This document shows positions 28,049 through 38,076 of a DNA stretch of 64,000 bases, piece after piece (position 1 is the stretch's first letter; each line of letters starts with the position of its first letter). A program made the translations under genes and the position numbers. The stretch spans positions 32,001-96,000 of the forward strand of contig JAYKHS010000028.1 of NCBI GenBank assembly GCA_035285865.1. The letters are read 5' to 3'. Origin of the DNA: Candidatus Sericytochromatia bacterium (GTDB lineage Bacteria; Cyanobacteriota; Sericytochromatia; S15B-MN24; VGJW01). Below the pieces are notes generated by a model. That model did not search any database. It was not told the DNA's origin and saw only the letters and a list, made by a program, of their open reading frames with translations.

Positions 28049-29317
28049 ATCGGCGAGGAGAAGACCGAGCCCGCGACAGACCACAAGCGCCAGGAAGCGC
28101 GTCAGCGTGGTCAGGTCCTCAAGAGCCAGGACGTCATCATCGCCGTGCTGCTTTTTGCCGTGGCCTACAGCCTCGGGGCGCTGGGCGGTTTCTGGTACAA
28201 GACCCTTTACGGCTACGTCCTCGAGACCATCGAGTCTGTTCCTTCCCATGCCGCACTCGACTTCAACCTTGCGATGCGGCTCGTAGGCAAGGGCCTGCTG
28301 GTCGTCTTCATGTGCTCGGCTCCGATTGCCGCCATCGCATTCCTGATGACGTGGCTGGCGAACCTGCTGCAGGTCGGCGTGCTGTTCACCACCAAGCCCC
28401 TGTCCTTCGAAGAGGGCATCAAGAAGCTCAACCCGATCGCCGGCTTCAAGAAGATCTTCTCGATGAAGCAGGTCATCGAGGTTATCAAGGCCTTCGTCAA
28501 GATCATCGTGATCGGCTGGGTGATCTATGGCGTCATCCGCGATGCACTCGGCGTCATCCTGAGGTCGACGGAGATGCATCCCGCAGGGGCTCTGGGCTTT
28601 GCCGGAACCCTGATCGAGGCCATCGGCAAGAAGGTGGCTCTCGCCATGGTGCTGATTGCCGTCCTCGACTACTTCCTGCAGCGCTGGCAGTACGAGAAGT
28701 CGCTGCGCATGAGCCACAAGGAGATCAAGGAGGAATACAAGAAGCTCGAGGGGGATCCCCTGGTGAAGGCCCGTCAGCGCCAGAAGCAGATGGAGATGGC
28801 CATGAGCGCGATGCGGGGCAATGTCGAGATGGCCGATGTCGTGGTCACGAACCCCACGCACCTTGCCGTTGCCTTGGCCTACAAGCCCACGCAAGGCATC
28901 CGGACGCCCAGGGTCGTCGCCAAGGGCCAGGACAGGGCGGCACTTGAGATCCGGCGCATCGCGCAGGAGAACTTCATCCTCGTGGTCGAGGACATCGACG
29001 TGGCCCGGACGCTCTATGGTCAAGTCAAGGTCGACCAGGACATCCCTCCCGAACTCTTCCAGGCGGTGGCAAAGATCATCGCGCTGCTCTTCAAGGGGCG
29101 GCGACGTCCTGGCCCCGTGCGGCCGGGTGCCGCTGCCCCGCCACCGGCACCGACCGCCATCGACTTTCTGGGTTCGGGGCCTCGGCTTGACGAGGCCGAA
29201 GTGGCGGCCATGGCCGACGCAGCGCAACGCGAACTTGAGCGCATGGCCCGGGAGCAGGAGAGCCTGCGTCTGCCCCCCCCGGACGATGGACCGACATCGC
29301 CCGGCGTTCCGGTGTGA
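28049..29317 (+). CDS. flhB: Flagellar/T3SS export switch protein FlhB
   Basis: EEKTEPAT..K..EAR..GQV.KS, NP..G.K.IFS, EGDP, NPTH autocleavage site; start ATC 28049 or GTG 28040. Confidence 0.92.
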   Translation: MGEEKTEPATDHKRQEARQRGQVLKSQDVIIAVLLFAVAYSLGALGGFWYKTLYGYVLETIESVPSHAALDFNLAMRLVGKGLLVVFMCSAPIAAIAFLMTWLANLLQVGVLFTTKPLSFEEGIKKLNPIAGFKKIFSMKQVIEVIKAFVKIIVIGWVIYGVIRDALGVILRSTEMHPAGALGFAGTLIEAIGKKVALAMVLIAVLDYFLQRWQYEKSLRMSHKEIKEEYKKLEGDPLVKARQRQKQMEMAMSAMRGNVEMADVVVTNPTHLAVALAYKPTQGIRTPRVVAKGQDRAALEIRRIAQENFILVVEDIDVARTLYGQVKVDQDIPPELFQAVAKIIALLFKGRRRPGPVRPGAAAPPPAPTAIDFLGSGPRLDEAEVAAMADAAQRELERMAREQESLRLPPPDDGPTSPGVPV

Positions 29318-29392
29318 GCAGGTGAGGCGAGGGGTAGGGAACCCCTAGTCCTTCCGGTTCGTCATCGGGTGGAAGGGTGGAGGTTTCCGAAG

Positions 29393-30517
29393 ATGCACCT
29401 CTTGCGCAGGTCCCTGTTGTCCGCTCTGTTTGCCGCAGGCCTCGGGGTTTCCAATGCCGGCCCCGCCTGGGCCGGGCAGCTCGCGGACGCACGTCGCCAC
29501 ATCGAGCGCGAGGACTACAGACGGGCCATCGACGTCCTTGCCGAGTACACTCAGAAGTTTCCCAATGAGCCCCGGGGCTGGGCGCTGCTCGCCGACTGCT
29601 ACCAAGGCATCTTTCCCCCGCGGGTCTCGGATGCCGAGGATGCCTTGAACCGGAAGGCCGCCGCCGAGAACAAGCGCAGCGCCATCTATCAGAGCTTCCA
29701 GAAGCTGGAGGCATCCGCGCTGTATCAGAAGATGATCAAGGACGATCCGGAAGATCCGGTGGCGAACCTGCTGCTGGCGATTGCCCTCGTGGTGAATGAC
29801 CGCGATGGCAATCGAGCCAAGGTTCAATTGGAGCGTTTCCTTGAGTTGGGGGGGGCGTCGGCCGATCTCGCGGACGCCGCGCTGGGCGCCCAAGGTCTGG
29901 TTTACACCGCGACCAAGCAGTGGGATGAGGCGCGCCTTGCTTATGAGCGCCTGAAGCAGCGCACGGGCAGCACCTTTGCCATGGTCAAGCTGCGTGAGGT
30001 GAGCCGGCTCGAGGCCGAAGATCGGGACGCCCGGTATGCGGCTGCAAACGACCCCGCGCGGGTGGCGGAGCGGCGCTACCTCCAGCTGATCGAGGGTGCC
30101 AAGGGCCTGATTGCCGAGGGCAACAGCTCGGGGGCGGTAGACCTGCTGGAAGAGGCTGTCAAGCTGCGTCCGGAGGGCAAGGAGGCACCTCCGCTTCTGG
30201 ACGAGGCTCGCATCCAGGGTGCCAAGGAGATGTTTGCCAAGGGCAAGCAGCTGACGGACGACAGCAAGTACGCCCAGGCATACGGATGTTTCGAACGGGC
30301 CATCCAGCTCGATCCGACCAACGAGGATGCCGTGCTCGGCTTGAAGCACGTTCAGAAGAGCCTGTCGGAGCTCGAGGGTCCCAAGGTGGTTCGGCGGATC
30401 ATCAGTGCGACGGAAAGCGTCGAGGCCTCCGCTTCCGTTCCGCCCTCTCCCTCCGTGGTGGTGACGCCACCGGCCAAGCCGCCCGCGAAGGGGCCGGCCA
30501 AGCCGGCGGGCAAGTAG
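29393..30517 (+). CDS. Exported tetratricopeptide repeat protein
   Basis: Signal AWA; TPR-like helices (FERAIQLDPTNEDA). Confidence 0.8.
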   Translation: MHLLRRSLLSALFAAGLGVSNAGPAWAGQLADARRHIEREDYRRAIDVLAEYTQKFPNEPRGWALLADCYQGIFPPRVSDAEDALNRKAAAENKRSAIYQSFQKLEASALYQKMIKDDPEDPVANLLLAIALVVNDRDGNRAKVQLERFLELGGASADLADAALGAQGLVYTATKQWDEARLAYERLKQRTGSTFAMVKLREVSRLEAEDRDARYAAANDPARVAERRYLQLIEGAKGLIAEGNSSGAVDLLEEAVKLRPEGKEAPPLLDEARIQGAKEMFAKGKQLTDDSKYAQAYGCFERAIQLDPTNEDAVLGLKHVQKSLSELEGPKVVRRIISATESVEASASVPPSPSVVVTPPAKPPAKGPAKPAGK

Positions 30518-30524
30518 ACAGGAC

Positions 30525-30559
30525 CGTTGGCCCGGTGGCCTTCCGTCACCGGGCCAACG
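30525..30559. terminator. Hairpin between convergent genes
   Basis: CGTTGGCCCGGTG-9nt-CACCGGGCCAACG perfect 13-bp stem. Confidence 0.7.
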
Positions 30560-30570
30560 ACCTCCTGCGT

Positions 30571-33249
30571 TCAGCGTTGGGCTGCTGCGGTGCCTTCGGC
30601 TTCAATGACGGCATGTGCCGCCGCCAGCCGGGCGATGGGTACCCGGTAGGGCGAGCAGCTCACGTAGTCGAGGCCCAGGCCGTGGGCAAAGGCGATCGAG
30701 GCGGGATCGCCCCCGTGTTCGCCGCAGATGCCCGTCTTGAGGTTCGCGCGCGTGGCCTTGCCGCCCTGCATCGCGAACCGCATCAACTGGCCCACGCCTT
30801 CCGTGTCCAGGACCTGGAAGGGGTTCGCGGGCAGCAGCTTGTGCTCCAGGTAATGGAACAGGAAGCTGCGCTCGGCGTCATCACGCGAGTAGCCCCAGGT
30901 CATCTGTGTCAGGTCGTTCGTGCCGAAGCTGAAGAACTCGGCATCCTCGGCCAGTGTGCCGGCGACGAGCGCTGCGCGCGGCACCTCAATCATCGTGCCG
31001 AACAGCACGGGCACCGTCATGCCACGGCGCGCCTGGACCTCGGCCGCCACCTGCTCGAGCTGGGCCTTGGCAGCTTTGAGCTCGGCAGGGTGGCCGACGA
31101 GCGGCACCATGATCTCGGGCGCGCAGCGCAGACCTTCGGTCAGGACATCACAGGCCGCATCGAGGATGGCCCGCACCTGCATCGTGTTGATGTCGGGGCG
31201 CGTGATGCCGAGTCGGCATCCCCTGAGGCCCATCATCGGGTTGACCTCGTGCATGGACTCGATCTGGCGAAGCATCCGCTGCTTTTCGGTGATCTCGTGG
31301 GCCGGGGCGCCGACGGCACGCAGGGCCGAGAGTTCCTCGTGCAACTTCGTCGCGTTGGGCAGGAACTCATGCAGCGGGGGGTCGAGCAGGCGGATGGTGA
31401 CAGGGTAGCCCTGCATCGCCCGGAAGATGCCCACGAAGTCCTGGCGCTGGAAGCCTTCCAGCGTGGCGAGGGCTGCCTGGCGCTCCTTCTCGGTGGCGCC
31501 CAGGATCATCTGCTGGACCACGGGCAGCCTGTCCGGGGCGAAGAACATGTGCTCCGACCGGCACAGGCCGATGCCCTCTGCACCGAATGCCCGCGCGCGC
31601 TCGGCGTCGTCCGGCGTATCGGCGTTCGCCCGAACCCCGAGGCGACGGGTCTCGTCAGCCCAGCGCATGATCTGCTGGAACTCGGTGCTGGGCTCCGGGG
31701 GAAGGGTCGGAACCAGGCCCCTGAGGACCTCTCCCGTCTCGCCGTTGATGGAGACGGCATCCCCCTTGTGCAGCACGGTGCCGTCCGGACACGTCAGGGT
31801 TCCTGCCTGCACGTCCACTTGCAGGGCTTCGCAGCCGACGACGCAGGGCTTGCCCATTCCCCGGGCGACGACGGCAGCATGGCTGGTGTTGCCACCGCGG
31901 CTCGTCAGCACGCCCTTGGCGGAGATCATGCCGTGGATGTCGTCCGGACAGGTCTCGGGCCTGACGAGGATGACCCCCTTGCCTTTCTCGGCCCACGCCA
32001 CGGCCTCGTCCGGATCGAAGACGATCACGCCGCCGACCGTGCCAGGCGAGGCGGCAAGACCAGTGGCCAGAACTTCCGGGCTGAAGGAAGGATCGAGGCG
32101 CGGCAGCAGCATCTGGATGACGTGACCGGCATTCAGGCGCCGCACGGCCTCGCGGGGCGTGATCAGGCCCTCACGGTACATGTCATGGGCGATGCGGGCT
32201 GCGGCAGCACCCGTTCGCTTGCCGTTGCGGGTCTGCAGCATGTAGAGGCGACCACGCTCGATGGTGAACTCGAGGTCCTGCATGTCCCGATAGTGGGTTT
32301 CCAGCATGCGGGCGACCTGGCGAAGTTGCGCCGCGGCCTCGGGAATCGTCGCGTCCAGTTCGTCGATGGGGCGGGGGGTCCGGATGCCGGCGACGACGTC
32401 CTCGCCTTGCGCGTTGGTCAGGAACTCGCCGTAGAGGCGTGCCTCGCCGGTATTGGGGTTGCGGGTGAAGCAGACCCCCGTGGCAGAATCCTCGCCCATG
32501 TTGCCGAAGACCATGGCCTGCACGTTCACCGCCGTCCCGAGGTCGTTGGGGATGCCTTCATGGCGGCGATACGTGACAGCCCGATCGCTGTTCCAGCTCC
32601 GGAAGACGGCCTCGATGGCCATCTTGAGCTGCTGCCAGGGGTCCTCGGGGAACGGGATTCCCAGCTCTCGCTCCACCAGGGCGAGGTAGGCTTCGGCCAC
32701 GTCCTTGAGCGTCGCGGCATCGAGATCCGTGTCCAGCTTCGCGCCGACCTTGTGCTTGTACTGCTCCAGCAGGTACTCGAAGTTCCCGAGGCGCAGGCCG
32801 AGAACGACATTGCTGAACATCCCGATGAAGCGGCGGTACGCATCCCACGCGAATCGGGCATTACCGGTCTGCTCGGTGACACCGGCGACGGTCGCACGGT
32901 TCAGTCCGAGGTTGAGGATCGTGTCCATCATCCCGGGCATCGAGAACTTGGCACCGCTCCGGACGCTGACCAGAAGGGGGTTGGCCGGATCCCCGAAGCG
33001 CTTGGTCGTGGTCTTCTCGACCTCGACCATCGCCTGGCGGATTTCGTCCTCGAGACCGTCGAGCTTGCGGTCGCCGCTTGCCAGGTAATCGAGGCAGACG
33101 GCCGTCGTGATGGTGAAGCCGGGCGGCACGGGCAGGCCTTGCGCAGCCATCTCGGCGAGGCCGGCGCCCTTGCCTCCCAGCAGGTCTCGGGACAGGCCCC
33201 TGCCGTCGCGGAAAAGCACGACACGGCGAGTGTCGGTCACTGTGGACAT
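30571..33249 (-). CDS. ppdK: Pyruvate, phosphate dikinase
   Basis: LLGGKGA, VSVRSGA..SMPGMMDT, GGNTSHAAVVAR (phospho-His), FSFGTNDLTQ, GICGEHGG. Confidence 0.97.
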   Translation of the reverse strand: MSTVTDTRRVVLFRDGRGLSRDLLGGKGAGLAEMAAQGLPVPPGFTITTAVCLDYLASGDRKLDGLEDEIRQAMVEVEKTTTKRFGDPANPLLVSVRSGAKFSMPGMMDTILNLGLNRATVAGVTEQTGNARFAWDAYRRFIGMFSNVVLGLRLGNFEYLLEQYKHKVGAKLDTDLDAATLKDVAEAYLALVERELGIPFPEDPWQQLKMAIEAVFRSWNSDRAVTYRRHEGIPNDLGTAVNVQAMVFGNMGEDSATGVCFTRNPNTGEARLYGEFLTNAQGEDVVAGIRTPRPIDELDATIPEAAAQLRQVARMLETHYRDMQDLEFTIERGRLYMLQTRNGKRTGAAAARIAHDMYREGLITPREAVRRLNAGHVIQMLLPRLDPSFSPEVLATGLAASPGTVGGVIVFDPDEAVAWAEKGKGVILVRPETCPDDIHGMISAKGVLTSRGGNTSHAAVVARGMGKPCVVGCEALQVDVQAGTLTCPDGTVLHKGDAVSINGETGEVLRGLVPTLPPEPSTEFQQIMRWADETRRLGVRANADTPDDAERARAFGAEGIGLCRSEHMFFAPDRLPVVQQMILGATEKERQAALATLEGFQRQDFVGIFRAMQGYPVTIRLLDPPLHEFLPNATKLHEELSALRAVGAPAHEITEKQRMLRQIESMHEVNPMMGLRGCRLGITRPDINTMQVRAILDAACDVLTEGLRCAPEIMVPLVGHPAELKAAKAQLEQVAAEVQARRGMTVPVLFGTMIEVPRAALVAGTLAEDAEFFSFGTNDLTQMTWGYSRDDAERSFLFHYLEHKLLPANPFQVLDTEGVGQLMRFAMQGGKATRANLKTGICGEHGGDPASIAFAHGLGLDYVSCSPYRVPIARLAAAHAVIEAEGTAAAQR

Positions 33250-33333
33250 CGTTGTCTCCTCAGGTTGTCGGCCGCGCATCATCGAGCGGTCGGGTCGGTG
33301 GGTTATTGGGCAGCAATGAGGCTGCCGGTGGTT

Positions 33334-34158
33334 CTAGACGTAGGTTTCCTTGCGTTGGGTCAGTTCGAGGATTTCCGCGGCCGTTTCTTCGATGGCCTTG
33401 TGCGTCACGTCCACCACGGGACAACGCAGCTTGCGGAAGATGGTTTCGGCATAGTCGAGCTCGTCCGAGATGTGTTGGGCGCTGGCATAGGAGGCCGAAC
33501 CCGTCAGGCCCAGGTTCTGCAGGCGCTGGGTGCGGATGTCTTGCAGCGTCGCGGGGTTCAGCGTCAGCCCGATGACGCGGCCCGCAGGCAGGGCGAAAAG
33601 TTCCTTGGGAGGTTGCACGCCCAGCACGAGTGGCACGTTGCTGGTCTTCAGGCCCCGGACCTGAGCGAGGTACATGCTGGTCGGCGTCTTGGACGTGCGG
33701 CTCACGCCGACGAGCACCAGATCGGCGAGGGCCAGGCCCTTGGGGTCCTTGCCGTCGTCGTACCGGATGGCGAACTCGATGGCTTCCATGCGGTTGAAGT
33801 AGGCTTCGTCCTTCTGGTGGAGCAGCCCGGCCTCGAAGTGGGGCTCGGCACCCAGGATGAGGCCCAGGACATTGATCAGAGCACCCAGGATATCCACGGT
33901 CGGGATGCCCTTGCGCTTGGCCTCGGCCTGCAGGGTTTCTCTCAAGCGCACGTCGACGATGGTGTAGGCCAGCACGCAGCGTGTCTGGGTGGCCAGCGTG
34001 ACCATGCCGGTGATCTGCTCGATCGTTCGGGCGCGAGGCAGGCGCACCAGCTTGATGGGGTGGCCCTTGAACTGCAGGGCAGCCGCGCGCGCCACGAGCT
34101 CGGCCGTCTCTCCCGAGGCGTCCGAGACCGTGTAGACGGTCAACGTTGCCCCATCCAC
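33334..34158 (-). CDS. PPDK regulatory kinase/pyrophosphorylase (DUF299)
   Basis: SDASGETA, YFNRMEAIEF..YDDG, GVSRTSKTP, IEETA; adjacent to ppdK. Confidence 0.95.
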   Translation of the reverse strand: MDGATLTVYTVSDASGETAELVARAAALQFKGHPIKLVRLPRARTIEQITGMVTLATQTRCVLAYTIVDVRLRETLQAEAKRKGIPTVDILGALINVLGLILGAEPHFEAGLLHQKDEAYFNRMEAIEFAIRYDDGKDPKGLALADLVLVGVSRTSKTPTSMYLAQVRGLKTSNVPLVLGVQPPKELFALPAGRVIGLTLNPATLQDIRTQRLQNLGLTGSASYASAQHISDELDYAETIFRKLRCPVVDVTHKAIEETAAEILELTQRKETYV

Positions 34159-34283
34159 AGCTGTTCCTCCGGGCCGCAAGGCCCAGTGGCATGCTATCGC
34201 CCGCGCCCCGGGTGCGTAAAGCATGGCGGGCATTGTGAGAAGAGGGACTGCGGGGTATGGAAGTTCAGGATGGTAACTTCCCC

Positions 34284-34760
34284 ATGACCGAACGCCACGT
34301 CCTTAGCCGCCTCATCATCACGGAGGAGCTTGGTGCCCTCATGACGCAGCAAGTCACCGAGCTTGCTGCGGAGGAGTCGATCGTGGGCTGCGCTGTTCTG
34401 GACGCCAGCGGCCTTACCTTGGCGCATGCCGGCGAGGGTCGGATGGGAGACCCCGGCGTGGCGGCGCTGGTTGCCGCGTCCTTCCGAACCCTTGCGGAGC
34501 TTGCGAAGATGACGGGTGAGAATGCCCCCCAGACTTTCGTGTTGCCCGGAGTCGACACGAGGACCCTGTGTTTCCGGCTCGAGTCGGGTGACTTCCTGAT
34601 CGTTCAGGCCACGGCAGCGACACCTGTCGAGGAGCTTGAGGCCACCCTGCTTCCGGTGGAGCACGATCTCGGGGCCGCGCTGACGACGGCGCGTCTGGGG
34701 CCCGCTCCGGAACCGCTGCCTGACGCCTCGGCCCTCGACAACCTCTTCGGCGATCTCTAG
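34284..34760 (+). CDS. mglB: MglB-like roadblock/LC7 protein
   Basis: LIITEE, LDASG.LA, AALVAASF, C-terminal LDNLF; precedes mglA-like gene. Confidence 0.75.
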   Translation: MTERHVLSRLIITEELGALMTQQVTELAAEESIVGCAVLDASGLTLAHAGEGRMGDPGVAALVAASFRTLAELAKMTGENAPQTFVLPGVDTRTLCFRLESGDFLIVQATAATPVEELEATLLPVEHDLGAALTTARLGPAPEPLPDASALDNLFGDL

Positions 34761-34769
34761 GCGATTCCG

Positions 34770-35351
34770 GTGGCCGTCCTCCACTACGGCAGGCGAGAGA
34801 TCCGCTCCCGGGTGGCCTATTTCGGTCCCGTGGGCTCGGGCAAGGCCTCGAATCTCTTGGCGTTGCAGGACCTCTGGCCCGTTGAGCGCCGGGGAGCCGT
34901 CGTCGAGGCGACCCCGGAAAGCGAACGCGCCGTGCGTTGTTTGCGCCTGCCCATGCTGGGTGACCCGGTCGGCGACTGGTCGGTGCGGTTCGAGGCCTTC
35001 ACGGTGCCCGGGCAGGCCCAGTTTCCGAGCACGCGGGCGAATCTGCTGGCCGGCGCCGACGGAGTCGTTTTCGTGGCCGACGCCGCCCCTGCCAGAAGAG
35101 AAGCGAACGTCGCCGCCTGGCACGAGTTGTTGGTCCACGTCGTGGCACAGGGCATCGATCCCGAGCGGATGCCCATCGTCATCCAGATCAACCACGCCGA
35201 TGTCCGCGACGCCTTGGGCGTGGGGGAGATTGCGTCGCAACTCGGGGTCGAAGTCCGCCCTTCCTTCATGGCCATCGCCCGGGACGGCAGAGGTGTGCTC
35301 GAGGCCTGGATGGCAGTCGAGGGCCTGATCCGCATGGACTGGCGTTCATGA
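34770..35351 (+). CDS. mglA: MglA-like small GTPase (degenerate motifs)
   Basis: REI..YFGP.GSGKASNL, TVPGQ, GADGVVFVAD, NHAD. Confidence 0.8.
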   Translation: MAVLHYGRREIRSRVAYFGPVGSGKASNLLALQDLWPVERRGAVVEATPESERAVRCLRLPMLGDPVGDWSVRFEAFTVPGQAQFPSTRANLLAGADGVVFVADAAPARREANVAAWHELLVHVVAQGIDPERMPIVIQINHADVRDALGVGEIASQLGVEVRPSFMAIARDGRGVLEAWMAVEGLIRMDWRS

Positions 35352-37288
35352 AGGCCGCCTCCTCTGGCATCGGCAGCGCCCGGCCAGGCAATCTGTGGCG
35401 CGAGGCCGACGGACTGTACGACTTCATGAGCCGTGCGGTTCTCCTGCTGGTCGCCGAGCTCGATGATGCCGACGTGGCCTTCATGGTGCGGGAGGACCCT
35501 TCGCTGCCGTGGCGGGTGTCTGCGTCCCGTCCCGAATGGGAGGCCCAGTTGACGATGGCCTCGATGAGCGGTTTGCTGGCCGGCGTTCCGGCGCAGGGCT
35601 TCGAGGGATGGCAGGTTCGCGATCTGGAAGTCGAGAAGCCCGTGGCTGCCCGGCTGCTGACACGGGGCCCGGCACCGGCACAGGAATCCTGCGATGGCCT
35701 GGCGGCCGGCATCTCCCTCGTCATCGCACGGGACCGTCTGGCTCGGGCGGATGCCGGCATCGGCGAGATCGGGCGGGTGGTCCAGGCCTTGCGCCAGTTG
35801 GCTTCCAACATCCACCAGGCCGAGGATCTTTCGCTGCTGGCCGAGGTCGTCTGTGCCTCGGTGGCTCGTGCCACGGGCGCAGAGGTGGTGGCGCTCTACC
35901 AGCTCGAGGGCGATGCCTTCCGATTGACCGAGGAAATCGGCGTGCATCGCCCGGGCGTTTCCGGCATGGCGGCTGCACTGGCTGCATCGCTTGCGCCGCG
36001 GCAGCCCATTCCCCGGGATGAGGCGGGCTTTCTCTCCCAGGCGCTTTGGGAGGGGCGTCCGGTGGCCATTCCCAATATGGCGGCTGCTGACGGCGCGCGT
36101 GTCGGGCTTGGCCATTTGGGGCTGATGTCCGCGATGGCGGCCCCGCTGCTGACGCCTCTGGACGACTTGGGCGTCCTGCTCGTGGGCAGCCGTGCACCGC
36201 GCCTCTTCAGTCCGACCGAATTGTCCGAGTTGTCCGAGCTGGCCCAGGCGGCGTCGGGAGCCTTGCTGACGTGGCGGCTCCACGCGCGTGCCCAGGAGGA
36301 GTCGCGCAAGGCCAGCGAGCTCATCGCCCGGTTGCATGACCTGACGCGCGCGACCCGTGAGGTCGGCAAGACGCTTGAGGCCAAGCACGCCTGCGAGGCC
36401 TGCGTGCGCCTGCTCCCGCAGTTCATGCGCCCTGCGGAGTGGGTTGATTGCTACCTCATCGAGGGCGACGCATGGCGGCTGGTGGCTGGCTCCAGTCCGC
36501 AGGACGCCAGCCCTCCCGAGTCCTGGCTCTACTACCTTGATCGTTCGGGCTATCCGCCGTCCTTGCGGCTCGAGTCCGATGCGCTGGCGGGCACCGGATT
36601 CGAGGATGCCGGACAGGTCCTGCTGTTTCCGATGCGCATGCAGCAGACCCTGCTTGGCCTGGTCGTCGTGGCGACGGAGCGCGACCTTGCCATGACCGGT
36701 CGGGACATGGCCGAGACGCTGGTGGCCCATGCGGCGTCGGCAGTCTTCAATGCCGAGCAGTGGCGACGGGCGCATGAGCGATCTATCACGGACCCGCTCA
36801 CGGGGGTCCACAACCGTCGGCACTTTGTCGACGTCTTCGAGCAGGAACTGGCCAAGGCCGCCCGTTATCACCGGGAGTTCAGCGTGATTCTGCTCGACAT
36901 CGATCACTTCAAGATGATCAACGATCGCCTGGGTCATCTGGCCGGGGACCAGATCCTGCGCGAGGTTGCGGCCCTGTTGCGCGACAACGTGCGCAAGGTC
37001 GATCTGGTCGCGCGCTACGGTGGGGAAGAATTCGCGTTGCTGTTGCCGGAGACCGGGGATGATGGTGCTCGTGCACTGGCCGAAAAGTTGCGGCATCGTT
37101 TCGAGGCACATCCCTTCAGCGACCAGGATCTGATGCCCGGGCGACAGGTCACGGCCAGTTTCGGGCATGCCTCCTTTGGGCTGGACGGCACGACTGCCGA
37201 GCAGCTGCTGCAGGCCGCGGACGAGGCTTTGTATGCCGCCAAGCGGGATGGCAGGAACCGGGTAGGTTCGCCGTCGAGGAGAGCGTGA
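35348..37288 (+). CDS. GAF-containing diguanylate cyclase
   Basis: TDPLTG, DIDHFKMIND..GHLAGD, RxxD I-site (RKVD), RYGGEEF, ADEALY.AK..GRN. Confidence 0.93.
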   Translation: MKAASSGIGSARPGNLWREADGLYDFMSRAVLLLVAELDDADVAFMVREDPSLPWRVSASRPEWEAQLTMASMSGLLAGVPAQGFEGWQVRDLEVEKPVAARLLTRGPAPAQESCDGLAAGISLVIARDRLARADAGIGEIGRVVQALRQLASNIHQAEDLSLLAEVVCASVARATGAEVVALYQLEGDAFRLTEEIGVHRPGVSGMAAALAASLAPRQPIPRDEAGFLSQALWEGRPVAIPNMAAADGARVGLGHLGLMSAMAAPLLTPLDDLGVLLVGSRAPRLFSPTELSELSELAQAASGALLTWRLHARAQEESRKASELIARLHDLTRATREVGKTLEAKHACEACVRLLPQFMRPAEWVDCYLIEGDAWRLVAGSSPQDASPPESWLYYLDRSGYPPSLRLESDALAGTGFEDAGQVLLFPMRMQQTLLGLVVVATERDLAMTGRDMAETLVAHAASAVFNAEQWRRAHERSITDPLTGVHNRRHFVDVFEQELAKAARYHREFSVILLDIDHFKMINDRLGHLAGDQILREVAALLRDNVRKVDLVARYGGEEFALLLPETGDDGARALAEKLRHRFEAHPFSDQDLMPGRQVTASFGHASFGLDGTTAEQLLQAADEALYAAKRDGRNRVGSPSRRA

Positions 37289-38061
37289 GCGTGGGCGATC
37301 AGTGGAAGAGCTCGGGACCCTTGCCGCCCGGTCAGACCGGCAAGCTTCGCGGCACGGGGACGCAGCGCCTCGCTTCTGGCGATGCCGTACAGGTCTCCGC
37401 CGGCGTCACCGCAGGAGGGGTGCCTTGGGATCGGGCTGCCATCGAGCGAGCCGGAGAGCTGGCTGTCCTCGTGGCGATGGGACGGCGCCTTCTGGCGGAT
37501 TACGCCCGCCCGCTCGAGGCACTCAGGCTGGTGCTGCAATTGTTGCGTCCGGATGCGGATGCCGGCGGGCTCCTCGCCCACTACGGCGAGGCCGAGCGGG
37601 GCTATCTGGAGGGCCTCGTCCGGCATGTGTCGCCCAAGGCTGACCTTCGTCGCCGCATGGAGATGGCCGGCTTGCAGATGGAAGGTGCCCGGCAGGGCAT
37701 CGAGGACTTCGCCCGTCGCCTCGACGAGGCCTTGGTCTATCTCGGGGACGAGGGCATGTCCGCTTTTCGGGACCTGCGCACGGAGAGCCTGCGGGGTGTC
37801 CTGCATCCCGTCACGGTCCTGCATGCTGCCTTCGAGGCCGACTCCTACCTGCGCGAGCTGTTCCCGCCTCCGCGCATCAAGCTGCCGACGGGCACCGGTC
37901 CGCTTGTCGCCCCCGCCACCGCCACTGCCGTTCCTGTCCAAGAGTCGGTGCAGCCCCAGCGATCCGTGACCGGTGGCTTGGGCCAGGCCCTAGGCGACGG
38001 CCTGGGGCGTTTCGTTCGCAGTGCGACCCAGAGCCTTCGGCCGCCCAATCACCCCGGCTGA
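37285..38061 (+). CDS. Hypothetical protein with repeated TxxL motifs
   Basis: GTGA overlap with the DGC gene; helical core with disordered ends. Confidence 0.65.
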   Translation: MSVGDQWKSSGPLPPGQTGKLRGTGTQRLASGDAVQVSAGVTAGGVPWDRAAIERAGELAVLVAMGRRLLADYARPLEALRLVLQLLRPDADAGGLLAHYGEAERGYLEGLVRHVSPKADLRRRMEMAGLQMEGARQGIEDFARRLDEALVYLGDEGMSAFRDLRTESLRGVLHPVTVLHAAFEADSYLRELFPPPRIKLPTGTGPLVAPATATAVPVQESVQPQRSVTGGLGQALGDGLGRFVRSATQSLRPPNHPG

Positions 38062-38076
38062 ATCTGACCTGCTCTT

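Noticed and set aside
30286..34287. 1333-aa plus-strand ORF
   Set aside because: Antisense shadow of ppdK and its regulator, expected from GC-rich codon bias; no motifs
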